Assembly (NCBI GenBank): GCA_001600695.1
Contig: BCKQ01000006.1
Coordinates: 487,937 to 551,936 of the forward strand
Reading direction: 5' to 3'
Source of the DNA: Ascoidea asiatica JCM 7603
Taxonomy: Eukaryota; Fungi; Ascomycota
DNA: 64,000 nucleotides
The position numbers and the translations under genes are program-made. The notes under the pieces are model-generated. The model saw only the letters and a program-made list of their open reading frames with translations. It did no database searches and was not told the origin of the DNA. The number at the start of each line of letters is the position of its first letter. Within the stretch, counting starts at the first letter, position 1. Positions 45,960 through 55,791 of the stretch are shown one piece after another.

Positions 45960-47570
45960 TTATTCTCTAAAACTCAGTTCAGGTTTGATATCATCATCAT
46001 CATATTCATAATCTTTATTATTAATTTCATTTTCTTTCTTTTCATGAGGTCTTGCAGATAAATCATTATGAAATTTTTCAAAACCAACAATAAGTATAAT
46101 TATTAAATATCCCATAACACATCCAGTAAAAATTGCCATAACTTTTGCATAATCAAAACCTGCACTACCATCACTATTTTTAACAGGAAATTTATTACCA
46201 ATTCTTGATTCAATTGTTGATGAAGCTGAAGATGTTAAATTACCTAATTGATATGCCAATCCAGATGCAAATGCTCTATAAGCTGCTGGACAAAGTTCCA
46301 TAAGATATAAAGGTACACAACCCCAGGCACCTTCAATAAAAAATTGTAACCAGAATGTACCTGCACATAAACCAGAAATTGAAGTTGAAAAAAAAGCAGG
46401 ATAAATCATTGCTCCAGATCCAAAACAACAAACAATTATTGTTAATCTTCTACCTAAAATTTCCATCAATTGTCCCATTATTAAACCTCCAACCATTGCT
46501 CCAACATTTAAAACACATAATATTTGAAGTTTTTCATTAACTGTAACATTTCTTTGTTTAACTAACATTGTTGAATAAAGATCTTGAGATCCATGTGAAG
46601 AAAAATTCATTCCAGACATAAATAAAACAAGATAAAGAAATACTAACCAATGAGTTTTTAAAGCTTCTTTAGCTTGAGTCCAAGCAGTAATTTTATGATG
46701 TTTTTCTTCTTCTGTTAAATTTGAATTATAAATTCTTTTTTCTTCTTGAGAATCTAAATAAAATTTACTTTCTGGTAATGCTAATCTCCAAATTATTAAA
46801 ATAACTGGTGGACCAGCAGTAAACCATAATAAAGCTCTCCAACCTTCACCATCTTTATAAGAATCTAAAAATGCACGATCGAATAAAACTGCTAATAAAT
46901 AACCAAAATTATAACCAGGTAAGAAAAAACCACCTAATATTGAACGTGCTTCAACAGGTTGATCTTCTAAAGCAGTTGCAGCAGTATTTCCATAAAATCC
47001 ACCCATGGCAATACCAAATATAGCTCTTATAGCTAAAAATTGAGAATATGTTTTTACAAAACCACAACCAATTTCTAAAACTATAAACATAAAACAACAT
47101 AAAATATAAGGATATTTTCTACCATATCTGTCTGATAAAAACCCAAAAATCACAGCACCAACAGATCTAAACATTAAAACTAAAGTTATACCCCAAGTTA
47201 TATCAGTTACAGATTTATTTAAAGTAGTTGCAATATCAGGAGCAGTAACAGAAACTACAAAAAAATCCATTGCATCAATACCCCAACCTAAATAACCAAG
47301 AGCATAAAAACTCCAATTTAATTTTGTCATTAATCTTAAACCAGGTAATGGATTTAAAGCAGATAATTTAGTTTGTGGTAAAGTGAATAAAGTTGAAAAT
47401 CTTGTTAAAATATAATTTTTTATTGAAGATTTTGAAAAATCAGGAATATCATCAGTATATTGAATACCACGATGTTCTAATTCTTTAAATTTCTTTTGAG
47501 TTTTTACTTTTGTTGGATCAACTTCAAGATCAATTGAAAAAACATCATTTTTTTCTTTATTTGAATTCAT
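45960..47570 (-). CDS. JEN1: JEN-family carboxylate/H+ symporter (MFS), copy 2 (tandem paralog)
   Basis: Same motifs as copy 1, with long identical peptide blocks and a diverged N-terminus. Confidence 0.93.
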   Translation of the reverse strand: MNSNKEKNDVFSIDLEVDPTKVKTQKKFKELEHRGIQYTDDIPDFSKSSIKNYILTRFSTLFTLPQTKLSALNPLPGLRLMTKLNWSFYALGYLGWGIDAMDFFVVSVTAPDIATTLNKSVTDITWGITLVLMFRSVGAVIFGFLSDRYGRKYPYILCCFMFIVLEIGCGFVKTYSQFLAIRAIFGIAMGGFYGNTAATALEDQPVEARSILGGFFLPGYNFGYLLAVLFDRAFLDSYKDGEGWRALLWFTAGPPVILIIWRLALPESKFYLDSQEEKRIYNSNLTEEEKHHKITAWTQAKEALKTHWLVFLYLVLFMSGMNFSSHGSQDLYSTMLVKQRNVTVNEKLQILCVLNVGAMVGGLIMGQLMEILGRRLTIIVCCFGSGAMIYPAFFSTSISGLCAGTFWLQFFIEGAWGCVPLYLMELCPAAYRAFASGLAYQLGNLTSSASSTIESRIGNKFPVKNSDGSAGFDYAKVMAIFTGCVMGYLIIILIVGFEKFHNDLSARPHEKKENEINNKDYEYDDDDIKPELSFRE

Positions 47571-48497
47571 TTTCTTAAAATATAAAAAAATAATATGTAA
47601 ATATGTAATATGTAATATGGGATGTGTGATATGAATAATGTAAATAAATTATAATTTGAATGAAAAGTTAAATTAAAGATTGAACAAAAAATGGATGAAA
47701 AACAAAATTATTTATAATCTAGTAAGATTGCTTCAAAACAATTTCTTACAAACAATTTTAATTTCTCTTTTTTTTTCCTTTTTTTGGGGATATTACTATA
47801 TCTTTGTTTATGAGAATAATATAAACTTCTAATAGAGAATATGATATAATAAACAATCAGTATAAAAAACTAAAACTGAATATGTGTTTTTTTTTTGTTT
47901 CTTTTTTTTTATTTCAAATAAAGTTAAAGATTTCTCCAATATTATTCAGATTTCAATATATCTTTTAATATTAAAGTAAATTATGTTATAATGTTAAAGT
48001 TTAAAATGCTTGCTATCTTTGAATTTATTAATTCTTAACCAATAAAGATTTAATAAAAGATAATTATTTTAAGTTGTTTTTCAAATTTAAGATGAATGTC
48101 TTAATACAAAAAAAATAAAAAGGTCTATCCATGTTTCCTTTATAGATTTGAATATAATTGAATATAATATAATAAATATTTAAAAAAAAATTACATAGGA
48201 ATACTATAAAAGTAAATTTCATTTAATTTTTTTTAAAATTCATTGGATTAAAATGAGATTGTTATTATTGATGAATGAAATAAGTTTGAAAACCGGATTT
48301 TTGACTAATTTTGGTCAGGAACAATTATTTGGAAATTGAGTAATGCTTGAATCAATCTGGGAATTCTTTTTTTCTCGGGAAATCTGAGTTTTGCCGATGG
48401 GTGTTGGTGGTGCAAGAAGAGGGCAAAGGCGTGGAAAAATGAGAGAGTAGTCCCGGGATTACCCTCCAAAACAGGGAGATGCAGTCAGGGCCCGTTT

Positions 48498-48562
48498 TGA
48501 CTCAGTGGGACTCAGGAACTCAGGGACTCAATCAGACTCATGAAATGGTTGTATTTGACTCA
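48498..48562. promoter_or_regulatory. Cluster of six (G/A)ACTCA motifs, including two perfect TGACTCA (Gcn4/AP-1 type)
   Basis: TGACTCA at 48498 and 48556; GGACTCA at 48508 and 48524; GAACTCA at 48516; AGACTCA at 48534. Confidence 0.6.
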
Positions 48563-49396
48563 AATACTGACCAATGAAGAGATTCGATTTAGAAATTGAT
48601 TTAGATTTGATTTGAATCAACTATGAAATAAAGAGATTTGAGTGACGTGAAATGGGAAAGTGTGAGAGTCGTTGATGTTTTTGAGTGACCATGATAAAAT
48701 ATCTGAGTATTTCTAGCACAGTGATAGCCAGGAAGTTTTTCAAAGCACTCCGAAACAAAAAATTAGAATCCAACCAATACAATATTCGTCAACAGAAACA
48801 GACTGGGGATTATCTTCTTTCCAGAACCAAAAGCAGTAAAAGTAACAGTAAATGCAAAACCAGTATCGGCAGGGTCTTCAGTTGTTCGTTTGTTCATTTG
48901 TTTAATTTGCCAATTGTTCTTTGAGAAACAGATTTAATTTATCCGTACCAACAAAAACAATACTAAAATTTCACTTTAAAATCTTTAAAAGGGTTTTTTG
49001 TCATTTTTCTCTTTCGGCCCAAAGGTTTTTTCTTCTATTTTCAACACAAAAATGGTAATTAATTGAAAGTATTCGATTTATGTACTTTTTGTGTAATGAA
49101 AACATTGCAGTAAAACATTACGCTAACAGCGAAGGAGTTAAGGGTAATGAATATGGCAGGGTACCAGTGCTGTGGGTCGTGTCGTTGCTTTTGAATTCAA
49201 GTTCATGAAGGTAAATATTGAAAATGTTTGGTTAATTGATCTAAAAACTATTCAGAATTATTCATTTAATTCCAGTGAAATACTTTTGTTATTGATTGAT
49301 TCGCTGATTGATTGAATTTGTTTATTTTGATTTGGAATTTGTGTATTTAAAGAGATTTGATTTCAAGTTTGAATTCAATAATTTTTTTTTTCTATA

Positions 49397-50164
49397 ATGT
49401 TCAATAAAGAAGAAGAAGAAGAAGAAGTAAAAAAGAAAGAGAAAGAGAAAGAAAAAGACAACAAATATGAAATTGAAAATGGAATAAAAAATAATTATTT
49501 GATTGAAATTAAATCAATTGAATATAGTTTAATTACAACAATAACGATATTTGGAATTTTTAAATTTTATAATAAATATTTAAAAAGGATAAAAAATTAT
49601 AAAGATTTAAATTCAAATATAATTAGAAAAAAATTTTTATTTGGTAAAGTAACTTCTGTTGGTGATGGAGATAATTTTCATTTTTATCATACTCCAGGAA
49701 ATTATTTTAATGGTTGGAATATTTTTAGATTTCCACCGAATATTAATCAAAGAGGTTTAAAAAATGAAACTTTACATATTAGATTATGTGGTGTTGATGC
49801 ACCAGAAAGGCCACATTTTGGTAAACCTGGTCAAGAATTTGGTGATGAAAGTTTAAAATGGTTAAAAAATTATATTTTAGGTAAAAAAATTTTTATAAAA
49901 CCATTAAGTATTGATATGTATAATAGAGTTGTAAGTAAAGTAATTATTAAAAAATTTTTTTTTTGGAAAAAAGATGTAAGTGAAGAAATGATTAAAAATG
50001 GAATTGGTGTTGTTTATGAAAATGAAAAATATGGTGAATTTGATGGTAAAAAAGAAATTTATAAAAAATTAGAAGAAAAAGCTAGAAAAAAAAAAATTGG
50101 TCTTTGGGGTATAAAAAGAGCTAGAACTCCTGCTCAACATAAAAGTAAATATAATAAAATATAA
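49397..50164 (+). CDS. LCL3: Staphylococcal-nuclease-family endonuclease Lcl3
   Basis: LFGKVTSVGDGDNFHFYHTPG, IRLCGVDAPERPHFG, DMYNRVV and KARKKKIGLW, with a short N-terminal hydrophobic segment. Confidence 0.93.
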   Translation: MFNKEEEEEEVKKKEKEKEKDNKYEIENGIKNNYLIEIKSIEYSLITTITIFGIFKFYNKYLKRIKNYKDLNSNIIRKKFLFGKVTSVGDGDNFHFYHTPGNYFNGWNIFRFPPNINQRGLKNETLHIRLCGVDAPERPHFGKPGQEFGDESLKWLKNYILGKKIFIKPLSIDMYNRVVSKVIIKKFFFWKKDVSEEMIKNGIGVVYENEKYGEFDGKKEIYKKLEEKARKKKIGLWGIKRARTPAQHKSKYNKI

Positions 50165-52419
50165 TTAAAATCTAGAATTTATGGACAGATAAAAAAAAAG
50201 TCAAGAAAAAAAACCTCAAAATAGTTTTACGAATAACCTTTGTGAACAATTTTAAAACCAGGATAATATATTCTTTGAAAAATTCTAGATTTGTTTCTTA
50301 GATTAAAAGAAATATTTAGATCAATTCTCTCAGATATTATTTAAACCAATTAAATATTTTTGATAAGTAAAACAGAGCTTAGATTTGAATAGATTTAATT
50401 CCAGAATAATTAATAAATTAAAAGTAACTTCATCTCAAGCTAAGATTCAGTGTCTAGAATAAGCTAAATATATTTTTGATTTTGATCCAATTAAAATTAC
50501 ATAATATATTACATAAGAAGAACTGAGTTAATCTTTTAAAAAAGATCCATAAAACTGGAGTCAGCTAGATTATTACACGTGATAAAACCACTATTTGACA
50601 CCCGTTTTAACTGTGGTGGATAATTCAGAACAAGTGTGTAAAACAGAGCATGTGGAGGAGTAGAAAAGCGGGAAAATCCCCCTCTGTGTGATTATTGACA
50701 TTTTTTAAAAGTTGAGAGAAAGAAATTAAAGATGAAAGAAACAATCTTTACTTTAATTTACAAGGTTATTATTATGTTTTGGTTTCGAATTGGGTATGAA
50801 TTGCAAATATTCAACAAATTAATTGAATTGGTTTAATCAATCAATAATAATTCCAACAAAAATATTTAAAATGAAGCTAGAGAAATCAAAATAATTCAAA
50901 GAAAAGGAGAATTTTTTATATAAATATTTAGTTATTAAAAGTATTTAATCCACTTGATTTCTTTCAAACGAATTGAAAAAGAGTATCAAGATTGAAAACT
51001 TTGAAAAAACTAAAGAAGAACTAAGAATACAGAATATTAATTTAATTTATTGAATGGAAGACTGGAAATGAATTCATGAAACTAAAGTACCGTTACGGAA
51101 ATATAGTGGTGAAATTAACTCCTCCTTTCTTTAATTTTATCAAAATTTCATAAACTATTGCTTATAATAAAAATATTACATTATATCAGAATATTATACA
51201 CTACCGATACTTCAATAACGTATATTATTATGGTGATTAGAATTATAGTGTACTAATACTATATTCAGTTGAATTTGGATCATAATTTCACAACTTGAAG
51301 AAAGAGAAGAAAGTTCAAAGGGAGGAGAATATTAACTAGATGAGGGTGAATTTGGGGTGAGTTTGGTCATGGGGATAAGCATTTCACCCTCATTTCAAAA
51401 AGGCAAGTTAAAAAAGGGTCTGATCTATTGCTTCCAACTCTCGATATTTCTTTGTGTTCAATTCATTACTTTCATTATAATGGTTTTATGTCATGTGTTT
51501 TTAGTTAGTATCATTATTACTATCATTATTTTAATTCAATAATTATTCAAATATTAAATTATATTATAATAAAAGAAGATTATTTTTCCTTTTAACCAAG
51601 GTCTTTTAATTCCTATAAATTTCATTCATTTATTTATATCATTAATTCATTAATTAATTAGAATAAAATACTTTAATATATTGGTGAAATGTATGATATA
51701 CAACAGTAATAAGTTTAACACTCCCAATTTTACAGTTTTAAAGTTTTATTGTTCTGGTATTAAACAAATGTTGAATTGTTGTTTGAAGTCATCCTCACCC
51801 TCGGAATCTTTAATATAATCAAAAAATTAGTTACCTTTATTGCTTTTAGTATAGTTATTCTAGTCTTTCTGGTCTTTCTAGAAGTGGGAAAAGCAACTAA
51901 GAATGCATACAGCTTATATTACTAGTGGACCGGTATTCGAAAGGTACTCAAAGGGCTAGAATTTAATGAAATACTTATTAACTATGGTACTAATACTAAT
52001 TAAATGATTAAATGCAACTATGGATTACATTGCTTTAATATTAATTATTCAATTTATTCGACTTACTCAAATTATTTAAATTATAAAAAAAAGAAATAGA
52101 ATCAATTAACTGGCTTAATGAAAATTCTTAGAAGATAATCACCACTTTTAGATTGAATTAATTAATTAAATTTTATTATTATCATTATTATTAATAAAAT
52201 ATTTTATATAAATATGTGTATGAATTCTCATTATAATTCATTAATATAATATTTTAGATATATTATTCAATTTATAAATATTATCATTATTATAATTATA
52301 CAACAAATAACATTTACTTATTATACTATATCCTTACTTCAGTTAAATAAATCACTTAATCAATTAATTAATTAATACTTTTAAATTACAATAACATACA
52401 TATATTATACAATACAAAA

Positions 52420-52596
52420 ATGAGTTCATATTTAACAAGATATTCATTCAAAGCAATTGCTTTAACATTACCAAAAACAAGTCCAATACTTTTAAACATA
52501 AGTCAAAAACGTAATTTTAATATGTATTCAAGTCAAAAACAAGATCATTGGCATGATGTTTATGAAGAATATGCTGTTGATTCAAATTTCAATTAA
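52420..52596 (+). CDS. Candidate 58-aa mitochondrially targeted microprotein (not in the ORF track)
   Basis: MSSYLTRYSFKAIALTLPKTSPILLNISQKRNFNMYSSQKQDHWHDVYEEYAVDSNFN*. Start context ATACAAAAATG, TATATAAA near 52205, and host-preferred codons. Confidence 0.6.
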   Translation: MSSYLTRYSFKAIALTLPKTSPILLNISQKRNFNMYSSQKQDHWHDVYEEYAVDSNFN

Positions 52597-52886
52597 TATT
52601 TTCTATTGATCTAATGGAAATTTAATGAATAAATATAATTATTTTTATGGTTTTTTTTTTGTTTTACTTATAATATTTTTAAATGATGGTTATATTCTTG
52701 GATATTTTATGATTAATATTCAAATATGCTTACTTTTTATTAATTCTATTCTACACACACATATATCTATATCTCTTTCTATATATATATATATATACAC
52801 CTATAACACTATGAATTATGAATTATAAATAAATATTGTCTCAGTCTCAATAACTATCTCCTTCTTCTTCACCAAAAACAGCAGTA

Positions 52887-53123
52887 CCGCGGCAATCGGA
52901 AACAACCTTCTTCTTTAAGCGATGGCGGCAAATGCCACTTCGACGCCAGAACTGCGGCTCTTTTCTGTCCCAATTCAGATTTCCGCGGGTTTCCATACTC
53001 TTAGCATGCTTTCCGTGACTTTCCGTGATTTTCCATGGTTACCAGTGGCACGGCTTGCTCTGCCCGCGGTTCACCAAAGGCTGATGAGTTCATTTGCCAC
53101 TCTCTCTTAGTACTCTGCCGCGG
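52887..53123. promoter_or_regulatory. Four CCGCGG palindromes (zinc-cluster-type sites) upstream of GUD1
   Basis: CCGCGG at 52887, 52983, 53064 and 53118, plus tandem TTTCCGTGA x2. Confidence 0.6.
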
Positions 53124-53474
53124 GATCCCGTTCAATCAATCAATCAATCTTTTAGTATATCCTCTTTTGTATTATTATTGCCATTATTATTACTATTATC
53201 ATTTTTATTACTATAACTTTATTACCATTAACAACTTTATAAATATTTTTTATATTTGTAATTTGTATTCTTAATTGATTATATTCGATTAATGAAATCT
53301 AATATAAATATGACTTGAATTTCCTTTTAATTCAATTCTCAAAATAATAACCAATATTTTAAATTCCCCTTTTAAATTCTTTATAAACTCAATTAACTCA
53401 TGAAATTAGTTAAATATATAATCAAACAATTATCTTTAAATAATATCTATGAAAAATAATTCAACTAGTTAAAA

Positions 53475-55232
53475 ATGATGATAAAAGATGATAATAATCA
53501 GTCAATTGATCAGAAGTCAAAAAATCCAATTCCAATTTCAATTTCAAATCAAAACTCAAATCAAGTCTTGATTCAAGAATTAAAATATGATCCAAGTGAA
53601 CAATTAAAAACAATAAGTTCTCCAGCTTTAGAATCAATTGAATTTACAATTTTTTATGGAACAATTGTACATACTCCAATATTAGGTAAAATTGAAATAT
53701 TACCAAATACTGTAATTGGTGTAAATGTAAATGGTTTTATTCAATTTATAATTAAAAATTCAAAAAATCCAATAATTGATTCAATTGAAAAATTTCCAGA
53801 TTTAAAAAAAATAAAAAATAAAATTAAATTAATTAATATTTCAAAAAATCCATATTCATTTTTTTTTCCAGGCTTTATTGATACTCATATACATGCTTCT
53901 CAATATCCAAATTCAGGTATTTTTGGTAATTCAACTTTATTAAATTGGTTAAATACTTATACATTTCCATTAGAATCAAATTTTAAAAATTTAAAATTTT
54001 CAAATAATATTTATAAAAAAATTATTAAAAAAACTTTAATTAATGGTACAACAACTGCTTCATATTTTACTACAATTGATCCAATTTCAACAAATTTATT
54101 TGCAAATTTATGTTTTAAATTTGGTCAAAGATCTTTAATTGGTAAAGTTTGTATGAATGAAAATTCTCCAGATTATTATATTGAAGATACTCAAACTTGT
54201 AAAAAATCTCAAAATTTAGTTATAAATCATATAAAAAATTTAAATAATATTCAAAATAATAAAATTAAAATTTTAGATTATAATGATAATTTAATTTTAC
54301 CAATTTTAACTCCAAGATTTGCTCCTTCATGTTCAAAAGATTTATTAAATTATCTTGGAGATTTATCGAAAAAAAATAATTATCATATTCAAACTCATAT
54401 TTCTGAAAATATTGATGAAATTAATTGGGTAAAAAGTTTATTTCCAAATTCAAAAAATTATGCTTCAGTTTATGATGATTCAAATTTATTAAATTCAAAA
54501 ACTGTTTTAGCTCATGCAATTCATTTATCAAATGATGAAAAAAATTTAATTGCAAAAAGAAAATCTGGTATTTCTCATTGTCCAATTTCAAATTCTTCAA
54601 TTACTTCTGGAGAAGCAAGAATTAGATGGCTTTTAAATGATAATATTAATGTTGGTTTAGGTACTGATGTTTCTGGTGGATTTGATCCTTCAATATTATC
54701 AACAGCAAGGCATGCTTTATTAGTTTCAAGACATTTAGCAATGAAATCTTTAGATAATAATGATAAATTATCTGTTAATGATGTTTTATATCTTGCAACT
54801 TTAGGTGGAGCAAAAGTTTTAAATATGGATAATATTTTAGGAGATTTTCAAGTTGGTAAAAAATGGGATTGTCAATTAATTGATTTAAGAAATAAAAATT
54901 CTCAAATTGATATTTTTAGTTGGCAATTACCAAAATTTTTTCATGATAATTTAAAAAATGAATTTTTATCAAATAATATCTATGATAATGATAATATTGA
55001 TTCAAGTGATGATTTAAAATTATTCTTTAATCAAAATAATCCTATTAACAATAATATTAATAATAATGAAGAAAATATTAACTCAGATTTAGATGAAAAT
55101 GGTGAATTAAATTCAGATGATAAATTGAAATTCGAAAATCTTATAGCAAAATGGTTATTTAATGGTGATGATAGAAATACAACTAAAGTTTGGGTTAATG
55201 GAAGAATTGTTGTTGATAAAACTGATAACTAA
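53475..55232 (+). CDS. GUD1: Guanine deaminase
   Basis: PGFIDTHIHASQY, WLNTYTFPLES, TPRFAPSC, QTHISEN, LAHAIHL, SHCPISN, GLGTDVSGG and GDDRN. Confidence 0.96.
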   Translation: MMIKDDNNQSIDQKSKNPIPISISNQNSNQVLIQELKYDPSEQLKTISSPALESIEFTIFYGTIVHTPILGKIEILPNTVIGVNVNGFIQFIIKNSKNPIIDSIEKFPDLKKIKNKIKLINISKNPYSFFFPGFIDTHIHASQYPNSGIFGNSTLLNWLNTYTFPLESNFKNLKFSNNIYKKIIKKTLINGTTTASYFTTIDPISTNLFANLCFKFGQRSLIGKVCMNENSPDYYIEDTQTCKKSQNLVINHIKNLNNIQNNKIKILDYNDNLILPILTPRFAPSCSKDLLNYLGDLSKKNNYHIQTHISENIDEINWVKSLFPNSKNYASVYDDSNLLNSKTVLAHAIHLSNDEKNLIAKRKSGISHCPISNSSITSGEARIRWLLNDNINVGLGTDVSGGFDPSILSTARHALLVSRHLAMKSLDNNDKLSVNDVLYLATLGGAKVLNMDNILGDFQVGKKWDCQLIDLRNKNSQIDIFSWQLPKFFHDNLKNEFLSNNIYDNDNIDSSDDLKLFFNQNNPINNNINNNEENINSDLDENGELNSDDKLKFENLIAKWLFNGDDRNTTKVWVNGRIVVDKTDN

Positions 55233-55791
55233 CTTGTTTTTATTTTACTTTACATTTTTTTTTCTCATTGTTTGTATATTATCAAAATTCTCATCTTATT
55301 TCTTTTATCTTTTCTTTTACCTTTTCTTTTATCTTTTCACTTAAATATTCTTTCAAAATTTGTTTTAATATTTCTTTACCTTTCCTCAAATTTATCATTA
55401 TATACTTTTATAGAATATAGAAATTTTTAATAAATAATAGATACCATAATTTTGCATGTTGGTAACCTTTACCTCAGGCGACAATATTGGTTGTAGTTAA
55501 ATAAAAATCCAATAGTTATCATTCTCTAAATCCTGATTATTATTATCAGCTTTATAATTTACTGTAATACTATAAATACGATTGAGTATTATCATTCAAA
55601 CAGAGAATATTGCCACCTTGACTTCAACAAAATACGATATTGCTCACTATGGGTATTTTATTTACCACAAGCAATAGAATCGAAATAAATGAAATATCCT
55701 TAGTAAAGGCTAAAAATCCTAACGTCACTATCGATGATTTTTAATTTATGATACATAATTTTCATTATATGAAGATAATTCAAAAAAGATA

